A DNA stretch of 64,000 nt from Escherichia coli (GCF_045037415.1 NZ_CP173438.1), one strand, 5' to 3'; positions 32,306 through 43,489 are shown, numbered from the stretch's first letter. Notes: generated by a model not told the origin, from the sequence alone. Numbers and translations are program-made.

Positions 32306-33439
32306 TTAAACCGTCAGCACCACACAGCTGTCCACTTCCCAGCACAAACGCACTTCGTCGCCCCAGGTCGGTAACCCTTTACGATGACGATGGGCGTTTT
32401 GTAGCTGGGCGCTAATCATCTGCCCACTTTTCAGACGAACGTGATACACCGAAAGATCGCCGAGATAGGCAATGTGTATCACCTCCCCCACCGCGAAGTT
32501 ACAACCATTGGCGGGCGGTTCCTCGCAAAGCATGATTTTTTCCGGGCGAAGCGCCACATGCACCGGCACGTTATCGACCACTGAAGCATCCGCATCGACT
32601 TTCAGTGGATGCACCAGCCCCGGCGAATAAAGCACCAGACCATCTTCCTGACGCTCTTTGAGTACACCTTCAAAGACATTAACCGAACCGATAAATTCAG
32701 CACTGTAGCGAGTGGTCGGATGCTCGTAGATCTCTTCCGGCTCGCCAATCTGGACAAATTTCCCACGATTCATAATGGCGATGCGCCCCGCCATAGTCAT
32801 CGCCTCTTCCTGATCGTGAGTAACCATTACGCAGGTCACACCGACGCGCTCCAGAATATCCACCACTTCAAGCTGCATCCGGTCACGCAGCTTTTTATCC
32901 AGCGCGCCCATCGGCTCATCGAGCAGTAATAGTTTCGGGCGCTTGGCAAGGCTTCTGGCCAGGGCCACACGCTGACGCTGACCACCAGAAAGCTGATGCG
33001 GTTTGCGTTTGGCGAACTCCTGCATATGCACCAGCCCAAGCATCTCATTGACCCGGCTGGCAATTTCCGCTTTCGGTAGTTTGTCCTGTTTCAGGCCAAA
33101 AGCGATGTTCTGTTCCACGGTCATATGCGGAAACAGCGCGTAAGACTGAAACATCATATTGATGGGGCGCAGGTAAGGCGGCACCTGTGACAAATCGACG
33201 CCATCGAGCATAATCTGCCCGGCCGAAGGTTGTTCAAAACCTGCCAGCATACGCAGCAGCGTGGACTTGCCACAGCCGGATGCGCCCAGCAGCGCGAAGA
33301 TTTCACCTTTGTAGATGGTCAGGCTGACATCATCCACCGCATGTTGACCATCGTAGGATTTGGTCAGGTTACGGATTTCTAATAGCGGCGTCAGCGCCTT
33401 ACGGGTTTTCGCCTGCGGGCGAGGGATAGCGTCATTCAC
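32306..33439 (-). CDS. potG: Putrescine ABC transporter ATP-binding protein PotG (377 aa)
   Basis: ORF 32306..33520; known N-terminus (M)NDAIPRPQAK corresponds to a GTG at 33439 preceded by ggagag; Walker A GASGCGKST. Confidence 0.88.
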   Translation of the reverse strand: MNDAIPRPQAKTRKALTPLLEIRNLTKSYDGQHAVDDVSLTIYKGEIFALLGASGCGKSTLLRMLAGFEQPSAGQIMLDGVDLSQVPPYLRPINMMFQSYALFPHMTVEQNIAFGLKQDKLPKAEIASRVNEMLGLVHMQEFAKRKPHQLSGGQRQRVALARSLAKRPKLLLLDEPMGALDKKLRDRMQLEVVDILERVGVTCVMVTHDQEEAMTMAGRIAIMNRGKFVQIGEPEEIYEHPTTRYSAEFIGSVNVFEGVLKERQEDGLVLYSPGLVHPLKVDADASVVDNVPVHVALRPEKIMLCEEPPANGCNFAVGEVIHIAYLGDLSVYHVRLKSGQMISAQLQNAHRHRKGLPTWGDEVRLCWEVDSCVVLTV

Positions 33440-33533
33440 GGCTGCTCTCCGGCATTGAATGTGTGCAAGCGCACCATGATGGTGCGAATTGCCGGCGGGT
33501 GTGGTGCGCCCCTCCGGCATCTACGGCTGCGGA

Positions 33534-34646
33534 TTATTTTCCGCTCTTCACTTTGGTCCAGGCGCGGGTGCGCACACGGTCGATTTTCGGGTCCTGCACT
33601 TTCAGAGTGAACAGCTTCGCACGAACATCCGCAGGCGGATAAATACCCGGGTTATCACGGACTTCCGCACTCACCAGCGGCGTGGCTGCTTTATTGGCGT
33701 TAGCATAGAACACATGGTCAGAGATATGTGCCACCACATCAGGACGCAGCAGGTAATTCAGGAACTGATAGGCTTCGTCTTTGTTTTTGGCATCCGCAGG
33801 CATGGCGAATACATCAAAGAACGCCATCGCCCCTTCTTTTGGAATCGAGAACGAGACATTCACGCCATTCTTCGCTTCCTTCGCGCGGTTTGACGCCTGC
33901 CAGACATCGCCCGCCCAGCCAATAGCGACACAGATGTCACCATTCGCCAGATCATTGATGTATTGGGATGAATGGAAATAACGAATGTTCGGGCGCAGCT
34001 TTAACAGCAGATCGGTAGCCGGTCCGGTGTAATCATCCGCTTTAGTGCTGTTAGGATCTTTGCCGAGATAATTCAGCACGGTAGCAAACACTTCTTCTGG
34101 CGCATCCAGGAAAGAGACACCGCAGCTTTTCAGTTTTTCCAGATTTTCAGGTTTGAGGATCAAGTCCCAGCTATCGACGGGCGCGTTTTCGCCCAGCACC
34201 GCTTTAACTTTATCGACGTTATAGCCAATCCCGGTCGTCGCCCACATATAGGGCATAGCAAATTTATTGTCGGGATCGTGTTTGGCGACCAACTTCAGCA
34301 GCTCCGGATCGAGATTCTTCCACTCCGGCAATTTGCTTTTATCCAGCGGCTGGAAAACTCCCGCTGTCAGCTGGCGCTCAAGAAAGCTTGCTGACGGCAC
34401 CACCAGATCAAAGCCGGTGCTCCCCGCCATTAATTTGCCTTCCAGTACTTCGTTAGAATCGAAAACATCATAGACGACTTTAATACCGGTTTCTTTTTCA
34501 AAGTTGGCCACCGTGTCCGGGGCGATATAATCAGACCAGTTATAAATGTGGAGTGTTTTTTGTTCAGCCGCGAGCGTGCTGACAGAAACGGCCATCAGAG
34601 CACCCGCAACCAGACCCGATAGCCATTTTTTATTTAAGGCGATCAT
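33534..34646 (-). CDS. potF: Putrescine-binding periplasmic protein PotF (370 aa)
   Basis: ORF 33534..34790; signal-peptide N-terminus MIALNKKWLSGLVAGALMAVS at ATG 34646. Confidence 0.9.
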   Translation of the reverse strand: MIALNKKWLSGLVAGALMAVSVSTLAAEQKTLHIYNWSDYIAPDTVANFEKETGIKVVYDVFDSNEVLEGKLMAGSTGFDLVVPSASFLERQLTAGVFQPLDKSKLPEWKNLDPELLKLVAKHDPDNKFAMPYMWATTGIGYNVDKVKAVLGENAPVDSWDLILKPENLEKLKSCGVSFLDAPEEVFATVLNYLGKDPNSTKADDYTGPATDLLLKLRPNIRYFHSSQYINDLANGDICVAIGWAGDVWQASNRAKEAKNGVNVSFSIPKEGAMAFFDVFAMPADAKNKDEAYQFLNYLLRPDVVAHISDHVFYANANKAATPLVSAEVRDNPGIYPPADVRAKLFTLKVQDPKIDRVRTRAWTKVKSGK

Positions 34647-34995
34647 ATCTCTTTCCTTCTGAAAATTCGTTAACAAACGAACAAAAGTTGTCACACTGAA
34701 AGATATGCAATAAACGTGCATATTTTTATCGGCGCGGTGTAAGAAAAGAGAACTCTCTCCCGGCCTGCACTGCTCACTATATAAAAGCATCGCAAGAATA
34801 ACTTTAGCCAGGGTTTGAGACTATAGCTCGGATTAAAAAACGGTATTTAACAAATTTTTATGCGTATTTGCTCTATGTGATAAAGCCAAATCGGCACAAG
34901 AGAAGTGAATTAATCTTTAATAAAAGGTTAAAATCAGCGGATAATTTTGCGGCACGCAGTCACTGCGGCAGCGACTGCGTGCTCGAAAGAAGTTA

Positions 34996-35472
34996 TCAGT
35001 GGAGGAAATAGTTTTCGGTAACGTTATTTTGCCCTTCATCGTCAGTCGGTAACAGCAGTTGATGGGCATTAGCTTCAAGAATGACCATCGAAATCTGCTC
35101 TTCGCTCTGACGCACGAACCATGCAAACTGCTCATAGGTTACGCCCTGCATAACGGATAAAGACTGGCAAACCACCAGCTTTGGCAGATTATCATCCTGC
35201 ATATCAAGAAATGCTTTCACGGTCAGCGAACTGGCATTGATGGCTGATAAATCCGCCGCCAGCGGCAATACGGCTGAAGGTCGGACTTCCGCCATGGCAG
35301 AAAACAGGATCGTGTTATCGATCAGATCGATTTTAGCATCAAAGACACCGTCGAAATTCTGCATATGGGGCAGATGCAGAGCCTGACAGTTATCACATTC
35401 AAAAAAACTCATCCCCAGGTCATCGAGCCATTGACGCAACGTATCCAGACCAGGAACGACCAGCGATGTCAT
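34996..35472 (-). CDS. ybjN: YbjN-family protein (putative sensory transduction regulator)
   Basis: ORF 34996..35520; N-terminus MTSLVVPGLDTLRQW at ATG 35472; 158 aa. Confidence 0.85.
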   Translation of the reverse strand: MTSLVVPGLDTLRQWLDDLGMSFFECDNCQALHLPHMQNFDGVFDAKIDLIDNTILFSAMAEVRPSAVLPLAADLSAINASSLTVKAFLDMQDDNLPKLVVCQSLSVMQGVTYEQFAWFVRQSEEQISMVILEANAHQLLLPTDDEGQNNVTENYFLH

Positions 35473-35559
35473 AATTTTGTACAACCTCTTCCGATAAAAA
35501 GACCGGCACAGCTTACGCAAAAAGCGCAGGCAAAACCATGATCAGTAATGTGATTGCGA

Positions 35560-36462
35560 CTAACCACCCGTTTTCAGGCAATATTCTGTCGTAGCGTGGC
35601 GTTCGATCCAGCGGATCATTTTACCCGCGATGTCGATACCGGTGGTTTTTTCTATTCCTTCCAGCCCTGGCGACGCATTCACTTCCATCACCAACGGCCC
35701 GCGATTAGCACGCAGAATATCCACACCAGCAACGTCCAGCGCCATCGTTCGCGCGGCTTTTATCGCGATTTCACGCTCCTGTGGTGTGATACTGGCGACG
35801 CTTGCCGCGCCGCCACGATGCAAATTGGAACGAAAATCGCCCTCTTTCGCCCGCCGTTCAATCGCAGCGACTACTTCATCGCCAACAACCAGACAGCGGA
35901 TATCGCACCCTTGCGCCTCTTTGATATATTCCTGCACCAGAATATGCGCGTTCAGACCGCGGAAAGCGTCAATCACGCTTTCCGCCGCCTGACGCGTCTC
36001 CGCCAGCACGACGCCAATTCCCTGCGTGCCTTCAACCAGCTTGACCACCAGCGGCGCACCACCGACCATGTCGATTAAATCGCTGGTATCATCCGGCGAA
36101 TGCGCAATGCCCGTGACAGGCAGGTCGATGCCCTGACGCGCCAGCAGTTGCATGGAACGCAATTTGTCACGCGCCCGGGCAATGGCGACCGACTCATTGA
36201 GCGGATAGCTCCCCAGCATCTCGAACTGGCGCAGTGCCGCCGTCCCATAAAAGGTAATGGCGGTGCCAATACGCGGGATCACTGCGTCAAAATGGGGTAA
36301 CTTGCGGCCTTTGTAGTGAATAGAAGACGCCGCAGGATTTATGTTCATATAGCAAGAAAGCGGATCAAGAATTTCAACCAGGTGACCGCGCTGTATAGCG
36401 GCTTCACGCAGCCGCTTACACGAATAGAGCGTTCCATCCCGGGACAATATGGCAATTTTCAC
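35560..36462 (-). CDS. rimK: Ribosomal protein S6 glutaminyl ligase RimK (ATP-grasp)
   Basis: 300-aa ORF recognised as RimK. Confidence 0.92.
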   Translation of the reverse strand: MKIAILSRDGTLYSCKRLREAAIQRGHLVEILDPLSCYMNINPAASSIHYKGRKLPHFDAVIPRIGTAITFYGTAALRQFEMLGSYPLNESVAIARARDKLRSMQLLARQGIDLPVTGIAHSPDDTSDLIDMVGGAPLVVKLVEGTQGIGVVLAETRQAAESVIDAFRGLNAHILVQEYIKEAQGCDIRCLVVGDEVVAAIERRAKEGDFRSNLHRGGAASVASITPQEREIAIKAARTMALDVAGVDILRANRGPLVMEVNASPGLEGIEKTTGIDIAGKMIRWIERHATTEYCLKTGG

Positions 36463-36522
36463 CCTGCACCTCTCTGTCAGACCTGGTCAAAAGCCCGCGT
36501 ATCATACATCGACGTGGCAGTT

Positions 36523-37245
36523 TTAGCGCGTCGCCCAACCCTGTTTGTGCAAATAATCCAGAATAAATGGGCGGCTTTCTTTAATGATTGTTCGGCGGAT
36601 ATGATCGCTCCAGGTATCCCGGCGATTATTGCTGCCACGGGTGAGGTAATATTCCGCCAGTTGCTCGTCATACTGCGCCAGTGCGTCTTTATCCAGCGGT
36701 TGATAGCTGTTTTCATGCACCAAAATGGAGGCCGGTAAACGCGGCTTAAGATCCGGATTATCCGCAGGCCAGCCAAGGCACAGCCCAAACAGCGGCAGAA
36801 CATGCTGCGGTAATTTCAGCAGTTCCGTCACCGCTTCAATATTATTGCGCAGGCCGCCGATATATACCCCGCCCAATCCCAGCGATTCCGCTGCGGTTAA
36901 TGCATTCTGCGCCATCATTGCCGTATCAACGACACCGAGCAACAGTTGTTCCGCCAGGCCGAGCTGAGCATCCGGACAGATCTGTAAATGGCGGTTAAAG
37001 TCGGCACAGAACACCCAAAACTCTGCCGCTTGCGCTACGTGTTTTTGCCCGCCGGTCAGCGTCACCAGTTCTTCACGTAACGCTTTGTCGGTAATGCGGA
37101 TAATGCTACTGCACTGCAAAAAACTGGAACTGGACGTCGCACGGGCGCTGTTAATAATCGCCTCACGCTGCGCTTCGGAAATGGGTTCATCAGTGAAATG
37201 GCGAATGGAGCGATGGCCACAAATAAGTTCAATGGTTGGCGTCAT
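36523..37245 (-). CDS. nfsA: Oxygen-insensitive NADPH nitroreductase NfsA
   Basis: 240-aa ORF MTPTIELICGHRSIRHFTDEPIS... recognised as NfsA. Confidence 0.93.
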   Translation of the reverse strand: MTPTIELICGHRSIRHFTDEPISEAQREAIINSARATSSSSFLQCSSIIRITDKALREELVTLTGGQKHVAQAAEFWVFCADFNRHLQICPDAQLGLAEQLLLGVVDTAMMAQNALTAAESLGLGGVYIGGLRNNIEAVTELLKLPQHVLPLFGLCLGWPADNPDLKPRLPASILVHENSYQPLDKDALAQYDEQLAEYYLTRGSNNRRDTWSDHIRRTIIKESRPFILDYLHKQGWATR

Positions 37246-37516
37246 TATCTTTTTCTCTTTCTGAACGTGAATATTGCGGTGGATGGTTCATCAGCTGTGG
37301 GGCAAGACGTTTTGCCACCTGAAGAATAACCACCACCGCAGCGGGAAGCATGAGCAAAACACCGAGAAAAATCATCAGAATCTGCACTTCTGGCCGAGAA
37401 AATGGCTCAGGTAGCGACAGGGAGTCGCTTACCGACAGCAGCGCCACCGCCAGCAACATCATTCCGATAAATTCCAGTATCAACACGCTTTTAGGCAATT
37501 TACCGATCGCGCGCAT
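37229..37516 (-). CDS. ybjC: Small membrane protein YbjC
   Basis: 95-aa ORF with two hydrophobic segments; 3' end overlaps the nfsA start by 17 nt. Confidence 0.8.
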   Translation of the reverse strand: MRAIGKLPKSVLILEFIGMMLLAVALLSVSDSLSLPEPFSRPEVQILMIFLGVLLMLPAAVVVILQVAKRLAPQLMNHPPQYSRSEREKDNDANH

Positions 37517-37675
37517 ACGCTTCCCTCTGCAAAGTGAGCCTTCAGTCTAAAACTTTTCACTGTATTGTGTTTAACAGTTATAGCTTTTAGCAATTAATGC
37601 AACAGGTTAAACCTACTTTCAGCGAATACATTTTAGCGTGATCATTACAGGCATAAATCTATGAGGAGAGAAATA

Positions 37676-37933
37676 ATGCAAACCGTTATTTTTGGTCGTC
37701 CGGGTTGCCCTTACTGTGTGCGTGCAAAAGATCTGGCTGAGAAATTGAGCAATGAACGCGATGATTTCCAGTATCAGTATGTAGATATTCGTGCGGAAGG
37801 GATCACTAAAGAAGATCTACAACAAAAGGCAGGTAAACCCGTAGAAACCGTGCCGCAGATTTTTGTCGATCAGCAACATATCGGCGGCTATACCGATTTT
37901 GCTGCATGGGTGAAAGAGAATCTGGACGCCTGA
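37676..37933 (+). CDS. grxA: Glutaredoxin 1
   Basis: ORF 37661..37933; N-terminus MQTVIFGRPGCPYC (CPYC active site) at ATG 37676 with RBS aggagag. Confidence 0.93.
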   Translation: MQTVIFGRPGCPYCVRAKDLAEKLSNERDDFQYQYVDIRAEGITKEDLQQKAGKPVETVPQIFVDQQHIGGYTDFAAWVKENLDA

Positions 37934-37943
37934 TCGTCTGACA

Positions 37944-37976
37944 AGCCCTCGCATTGAGGGCTTTATTGATTTTTTC
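37944..37976 (+). terminator. Rho-independent terminator of grxA
   Basis: Stem gccctc/gagggc with 5-nt loop followed by tttattgatttttt. Confidence 0.55.
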
Positions 37977-38340
37977 TGTGCTGTGGTTTAAACAAACTAC
38001 TGATAAATAAGAAACACAATGCCCCCAGCGCACACCAGAACACCGCACTTAATAACCATGCCAGCTCTTGCCAGAATGAGCGCGTCGGTGAAAAAAACAG
38101 CCGCATAATGAGCATCGAGCAGGGTGCCGCCAGCATTGCGCCAAACAGAGGTTTCAGGACTTCTCTACGATGTGAAAAGAAGCTGGCAACTGCACCAGGA
38201 AGAATGAAAAATAGCAAACCGATTTCAGGATGCCCGGCAGCCCGAAAAGCGCCTTTCATGTGCGTCGCCAGAAAAAGACACACCACAATGAAGAGGACAA
38301 AACAGCAGATTGCCCCCGCCCAACGTTGTTTATGTTTCAC
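37963..38340 (-). CDS. ybjM: Inner membrane protein YbjM
   Basis: 125-aa hydrophobic ORF at the conserved position. Confidence 0.8.
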   Translation of the reverse strand: MKHKQRWAGAICCFVLFIVVCLFLATHMKGAFRAAGHPEIGLLFFILPGAVASFFSHRREVLKPLFGAMLAAPCSMLIMRLFFSPTRSFWQELAWLLSAVFWCALGALCFLFISSLFKPQHRKNQ

Positions 38341-38608
38341 TCGTTCCTCCTGACACTGCGTCTATCGAACACATTTTTCGCCAGTGTGGCGTTCAGTAAG
38401 ATAAAGCCGCTTCGCATTCCATGCTAATATAGGCCAACGCAATTCATATAGCCGTTGATACCTAATGTGATTACACTAGTAAAATATATTGTTACTTTAC
38501 TATCGTTTAGGTGCGCTGAATGAATCTGCGCCCTGAATTCTGGTAAAAACATTATCGTAAATTACCATTTCTTTCAACAGCTTACTAGTAAACAAGAAGT
38601 TAGCCTCC

Positions 38609-40294
38609 GTGAATATAAACGTCGCCGAATTGTTAAATGGGAATTACATTCTGTTATTATTTGTGGTCCTCGCGCTTGGGCTATGTCTCGGGAAATTACG
38701 ACTTGGTTCGATCCAACTGGGTAATTCCATTGGCGTTTTAGTCGTATCGCTGTTATTAGGCCAACAACATTTCAGCATTAACACCGACGCGCTTAATCTT
38801 GGCTTTATGCTGTTTATTTTCTGCGTCGGGGTCGAAGCCGGACCGAACTTTTTTTCCATTTTTTTTCGCGATGGGAAAAATTACCTAATGTTAGCACTGG
38901 TGATGGTTGGCAGTGCGCTGGTGATCGCCTTAGGGTTAGGTAAGCTGTTTGGCTGGGATATTGGCCTGACGGCCGGTATGTTAGCTGGCTCTATGACGTC
39001 GACACCGGTTCTGGTCGGTGCTGGCGATACACTGCGTCATTCCGGCATGGAAAGCAGGCAGCTCTCACTGGCACTGGATAATCTGAGCCTCGGGTATGCC
39101 TTAACCTATTTAATCGGTCTGGTGAGTTTGATTGTTGGTGCGCGTTACTTGCCGAAATTGCAGCATCAGGACTTACAGACCAGCGCCCAGCAAATCGCCC
39201 GCGAACGTGGCCTGGACACTGATGCCAACCGTAAGGTTTATTTACCGGTGATCCGCGCCTACCGCGTCGGCCCGGAGCTGGTGGCCTGGACCGACGGCAA
39301 AAATCTGCGTGAACTGGGTATTTATCGACAAACTGGCTGCTACATTGAACGTATTCGACGTAACGGGATTCTGGCAAATCCAGACGGTGATGCGGTGCTA
39401 CAAATGGGCGATGAAATAGCGTTGGTAGGCTATCCCGACGCCCACGCCCGACTCGATCCCAGCTTCCGTAACGGCAAAGAAGTTTTCGATCGTGACCTTC
39501 TCGACATGCGTATCGTCACTGAAGAAGTGGTCGTTAAAAACCATAACGCCGTTGGCAAACGTCTCGCACAACTGAAGTTGACCGATCACGGTTGCTTCCT
39601 TAACCGCGTCATTCGTAGCCAGATTGAGATGCCGATAGATGACAACGTCGTGCTTAACAAAGGTGACGTTTTACAAGTCAGCGGCGATGCCCGTCGCGTA
39701 AAAACCATCGCCGATCGCATCGGCTTTATCTCGATTCATAGCCAGGTCACTGACTTGCTGGCATTCTGCGCCTTCTTTGTTATTGGGCTGATGATCGGGA
39801 TGATCACCTTCCAGTTCAGCACATTCAGTTTCGGCATGGGAAACGCTGCCGGGTTGTTATTCGCCGGAATTATGCTGGGATTTATGCGCGCTAACCACCC
39901 GACCTTCGGTTACATTCCGCAGGGTGCATTAAGCATGGTGAAAGAGTTCGGCTTAATGGTGTTTATGGCAGGCGTTGGTCTGAGCGCCGGTAGCGGTATT
40001 AATAACGGCCTGGGCGCGATTGGCGGTCAGATGTTGATTGCCGGATTGATTGTCAGTCTTGTGCCAGTGGTTATCTGTTTCTTGTTCGGTGCTTATGTAT
40101 TGCGAATGAACCGCGCACTGTTGTTCGGCGCAATGATGGGCGCACGCACCTGCGCGCCGGCAATGGAGATCATCAGTGATACAGCTCGCAGTAACATCCC
40201 GGCGCTGGGCTATGCGGGCACCTATGCAATCGCCAACGTCCTGCTGACGCTGGCAGGGACAATCATCGTCATGGTATGGCCAGGATTAGGATAA
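38609..40294 (+). CDS. ybjL: Putative transporter YbjL
   Basis: 561-aa ORF; two membrane domains flanking a soluble central region; length matches YbjL. Confidence 0.88.
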
Positions 40295-40336
40295 AACTGA
40301 AGTTGCCCTGAAAATGAAATTTTTTTTGCACAACCG

Positions 40337-40366
40337 CAGAACTTTTCCGCAGGGCATCAGTCTTAA
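40337..40366 (+). promoter_or_regulatory. Sigma-E (RpoE) promoter of rybB
   Basis: -35-like gaactt (40339-40344) and -10-like tctta (40361-40365), 16-nt spacer, about 6 nt upstream of the RybB 5' end. Confidence 0.55.
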
Positions 40367-40371
40367 TTAGT

Positions 40372-40450
40372 GCCACTGCTTTTCTTTGATGTCCCCATTT
40401 TGTGGAGCCCATCAACCCCGCCATTTCGGTTCAAGGTTGATGGGTTTTTT
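40372..40450 (+). ncRNA. rybB: Hfq-dependent, sigma-E-controlled small RNA RybB
   Basis: gccactgcttttctttgatgtccccattttgtggagcccatcaaccccgccatttcggttcaaggttgatgggtttttt matches RybB as recalled; 3' terminator stem ccatcaacc/ggttgatgg plus T-run; in the ybjL-rcdA intergenic region. Confidence 0.85.
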
Positions 40451-40469
40451 GTTGCCTGAAATTTATCTA

Positions 40470-41006
40470 CTACCCAGCAATCCTCTCAACCATCCTCAAA
40501 ATCTCCTCGCGTGATAGCGGCTTACGGTCGGTGACAAAATGCAGCGTCATTCCCTCAATAAACGCATCAAGCGCGCGGGCGGTTCCGGGTTCAAACCATT
40601 GTTCGAGCGTTTGTTGACTGCGCTGCATCCAGTTTTGCATTACCGTTTTTAAGAGCGGTTTTCGGCTAGCCAGCGCGTAGAGCTGGTACATCAGCTCCAT
40701 ATTATCCGGCGTTGCGACCTGTGAGCTGTAGATCATATCGGTGATAGCCTGGCATGCGCCTGGAGCATCACTAACATCGCTAAAAAATGCCTGATATTGC
40801 CGGGACATGATCTCAGTAAAACGGCTGAACGCCTCCAGCAACAACTCATCAATTCCTGAAAAATAGTAGGTCATCGATCCCAACGGCACCCCGGCAAGGG
40901 TAGCAATTTTGCGGTGTGTAACAGCATGTATTCCGTAAAGTTTCACCGCCTCCAGCGTGGCCTGGATAATTTTTTCTCGTCGTTGCGGATCGTTAGCGCG
41001 ACGCAT
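40470..41006 (-). CDS. rcdA: TetR-family transcriptional regulator RcdA (YbjK)
   Basis: ORF 40470..41036; N-terminus [21 protein letters not shown] (TetR HTH) at ATG 41006. Confidence 0.85.
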   Translation of the reverse strand: MRRANDPQRREKIIQATLEAVKLYGIHAVTHRKIATLAGVPLGSMTYYFSGIDELLLEAFSRFTEIMSRQYQAFFSDVSDAPGACQAITDMIYSSQVATPDNMELMYQLYALASRKPLLKTVMQNWMQRSQQTLEQWFEPGTARALDAFIEGMTLHFVTDRKPLSREEILRMVERIAG

Positions 41007-41089
41007 GTCATTTCCTCTCTCTGCAATTGTGTACAAATGTACACAGTCTTGCTAATGTTGTCTTCCCTCTTCTTATTTTGACGTGGTCT

Positions 41090-42298
41090 ATGACCGTAAA
41101 TTCTTCACGTAATGCATTGAAACGCCGAACCTGGGCGCTGTTTATGTTCTTCTTTTTGCCAGGCCTGTTAATGGCGTCCTGGGCAACCCGTACGCCTGCT
41201 ATCCGCGATATTCTCTCTGTCTCGATCGCTGAAATGGGCGGTGTTCTCTTTGGTCTGTCGATCGGTTCGATGAGCGGTATTCTCTGCTCGGCGTGGTTAG
41301 TGAAACGCTTTGGGACGCGTAATGTCATCCTTGTCACGATGTCCTGCGCATTGATCGGGATGATGGTATTAAGTCTGGCACTCTGGCTGACATCGCCCTT
41401 GCTCTTTGCCGTTGGTCTCGGCGTCTTTGGGGCTAGTTTTGGTTCTGCGGAAGTGGCGATAAACGTTGAAGGTGCCGCCGTTGAGAGAGAAATGAATAAG
41501 ACGGTTTTACCGATGATGCACGGTTTTTATAGCCTGGGCACGCTGGCAGGCGCTGGTGTCGGGATGGCACTGACGGCCTTTGGCGTTCCGGCAACGATGC
41601 ACATTTTATTGGCGGCGCTGGTAGGCATCGCGCCTATTTATATCGCCATTCAGGCAATCCCTGATGGTACGGGCAAAAATGCTGCCGATGGCACCCAGCA
41701 TGGCGAAAAAGGCGTTCCTTTTTATCGCGATATCCAGTTGCTGTTGATTGGTGTTGTAGTGCTGGCGATGGCCTTTGCCGAAGGTTCTGCCAACGACTGG
41801 TTACCCTTATTAATGGTTGATGGTCACGGTTTTAGCCCTACTTCCGGCTCGCTGATTTATGCCGGTTTTACTCTGGGGATGACCGTTGGACGCTTTACCG
41901 GCGGTTGGTTCATTGACCGTTACAGTCGCGTTGCCGTGGTTCGGGCCAGTGCACTAATGGGGGCGTTGGGTATTGGGCTGATTATTTTTGTCGATAGCGC
42001 CTGGGTCGCTGGGGTGTCTGTTGTACTTTGGGGACTGGGTGCCTCGCTGGGCTTCCCGCTGACCATTTCTGCCGCCAGCGATACCGGCCCCGATGCACCA
42101 ACCCGCGTCAGCGTGGTAGCTACGACCGGTTATCTGGCTTTCCTCGTCGGGCCGCCGCTGCTGGGCTATCTCGGCGAACATTATGGATTACGTAGTGCAA
42201 TGATGGTTGTACTGGCGCTGGTTATTCTCGCGGCTATTGTCGCGAAAGCCGTCGCCAAACCCGATACCAAAACGCAGACGGCGATGGAGAATAGTTGA
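41090..42298 (+). CDS. ybjJ: Major facilitator superfamily transporter YbjJ (402 aa)
   Basis: ORF 41027..42298; N-terminus [21 protein letters not shown] at ATG 41090; 12-TM-type hydrophobic profile. Confidence 0.85.
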   Translation: MTVNSSRNALKRRTWALFMFFFLPGLLMASWATRTPAIRDILSVSIAEMGGVLFGLSIGSMSGILCSAWLVKRFGTRNVILVTMSCALIGMMVLSLALWLTSPLLFAVGLGVFGASFGSAEVAINVEGAAVEREMNKTVLPMMHGFYSLGTLAGAGVGMALTAFGVPATMHILLAALVGIAPIYIAIQAIPDGTGKNAADGTQHGEKGVPFYRDIQLLLIGVVVLAMAFAEGSANDWLPLLMVDGHGFSPTSGSLIYAGFTLGMTVGRFTGGWFIDRYSRVAVVRASALMGALGIGLIIFVDSAWVAGVSVVLWGLGASLGFPLTISAASDTGPDAPTRVSVVATTGYLAFLVGPPLLGYLGEHYGLRSAMMVVLALVILAAIVAKAVAKPDTKTQTAMENS

Positions 42299-43113
42299 TG
42301 AGCATTAAATTAATTGCGGTAGACATGGATGGTACTTTCTTAAGCGATCAAAAAACCTATAACCGTGAGCGGTTTATGGCTCAGTATCAGCAAATGAAAG
42401 CACAAGGCATTCGCTTTGTGGTCGCCAGCGGGAATCAATATTATCAGTTGATCTCTTTCTTTCCTGAAATTGCTAATGAAATTGCCTTTGTGGCTGAAAA
42501 CGGCGGCTGGGTAGTGAGCGAAGGCAAAGATGTTTTTAATGGCGAGCTGTCGAAGGATGCGTTTACTACTGTCGTGGAACATTTGCTGACGCGCCCGGAA
42601 GTGGAAATTATTGCCTGCGGAAAAAATAGCGCCTATACCCTCAAAAAATATGACGATGCCATGAAAACGGTGGCGGAAATGTATTATCACCGTCTGGAAT
42701 ACGTCGATAACTTTGACAACTTAGAAGATATCTTCTTTAAATTTGGCCTTAATCTCTCTGACGAACTGATCCCACAAGTGCAAAAAGCATTACATGAGGC
42801 CATCGGCGATATCATGGTACCGGTCCATACCGGCAACGGCAGCATCGATCTGATTATCCCCGGTGTACATAAAGCCAATGGCCTTCGCCAACTGCAGAAA
42901 TTATGGGGAATAGACGACAGCGAAGTGGTGGTCTTTGGCGATGGCGGTAACGATATTGAGATGCTGCGTCAGGCAGGGTTTAGCTTTGCAATGGAAAATG
43001 CCGGCAGCGCGGTCGTCGCAGCGGCAAAATACCGGGCAGGCTCCAATAACCGTGAAGGCGTACTGGATGTGATCGATAAAGTGCTTAAACACGAAGCGCC
43101 ATTTAAGCAATAA
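42298..43113 (+). CDS. ybjI: HAD-family phosphatase YbjI (FMN/sugar-phosphate phosphatase)
   Basis: ORF 42295..43113; [15 protein letters not shown] (HAD motif I DxDGT) at ATG 42298, overlapping the ybjJ stop. Confidence 0.88.
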   Translation: MSIKLIAVDMDGTFLSDQKTYNRERFMAQYQQMKAQGIRFVVASGNQYYQLISFFPEIANEIAFVAENGGWVVSEGKDVFNGELSKDAFTTVVEHLLTRPEVEIIACGKNSAYTLKKYDDAMKTVAEMYYHRLEYVDNFDNLEDIFFKFGLNLSDELIPQVQKALHEAIGDIMVPVHTGNGSIDLIIPGVHKANGLRQLQKLWGIDDSEVVVFGDGGNDIEMLRQAGFSFAMENAGSAVVAAAKYRAGSNNREGVLDVIDKVLKHEAPFKQ

Positions 43114-43198
43114 AAAAGGCAGCACGCCCGGCAACACAATACCTGAATGAAGGCTGCATAATTCGCGGAAATTAACCCGCTGCATTATTTCAGGCGAA

Positions 43199-43483
43199 AT
43201 GATTATGAAAAATTGTCTACTGTTGGGCGCGCTTTTAATGGGCTTTACTGGTGTGGCGATGGCGCAAAGTGTCACCGTCGATGTGCCGAGTGGATACAAA
43301 GTGGTTGTGGTTCCTGATTCAGTCAGCGTTCCACAAGCGGTCAGCGTCGCGACTGTGCCGCAAACCGTCTATGTGGCTCCTGCGCCAGCTCCGGCTTACC
43401 GCCCGCATCCTTATGTTCGCCATCTTGCCAGCGTAGGTGAAGGGATGGTTATCGAACACCAGATTGACGACCATCACCATTAA
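43199..43483 (+). CDS. ybjH: Small secreted protein YbjH
   Basis: 94-aa ORF with signal peptide (MIMKNCLLLGALLMGFTGVAMA). Confidence 0.8.
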   Translation: MIMKNCLLLGALLMGFTGVAMAQSVTVDVPSGYKVVVVPDSVSVPQAVSVATVPQTVYVAPAPAPAYRPHPYVRHLASVGEGMVIEHQIDDHHH

Positions 43484-43489
43484 TTCGAC

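Noticed and set aside
34952-34982. Hairpin (gcacgcagtc / gactgcgtgc) downstream of ybjN as a rho-independent terminator
   Set aside because: The stem is perfect, but there is no adjacent U-run on the minus strand; it may be a processing or REP-like structure, so it was not annotated as a terminator.
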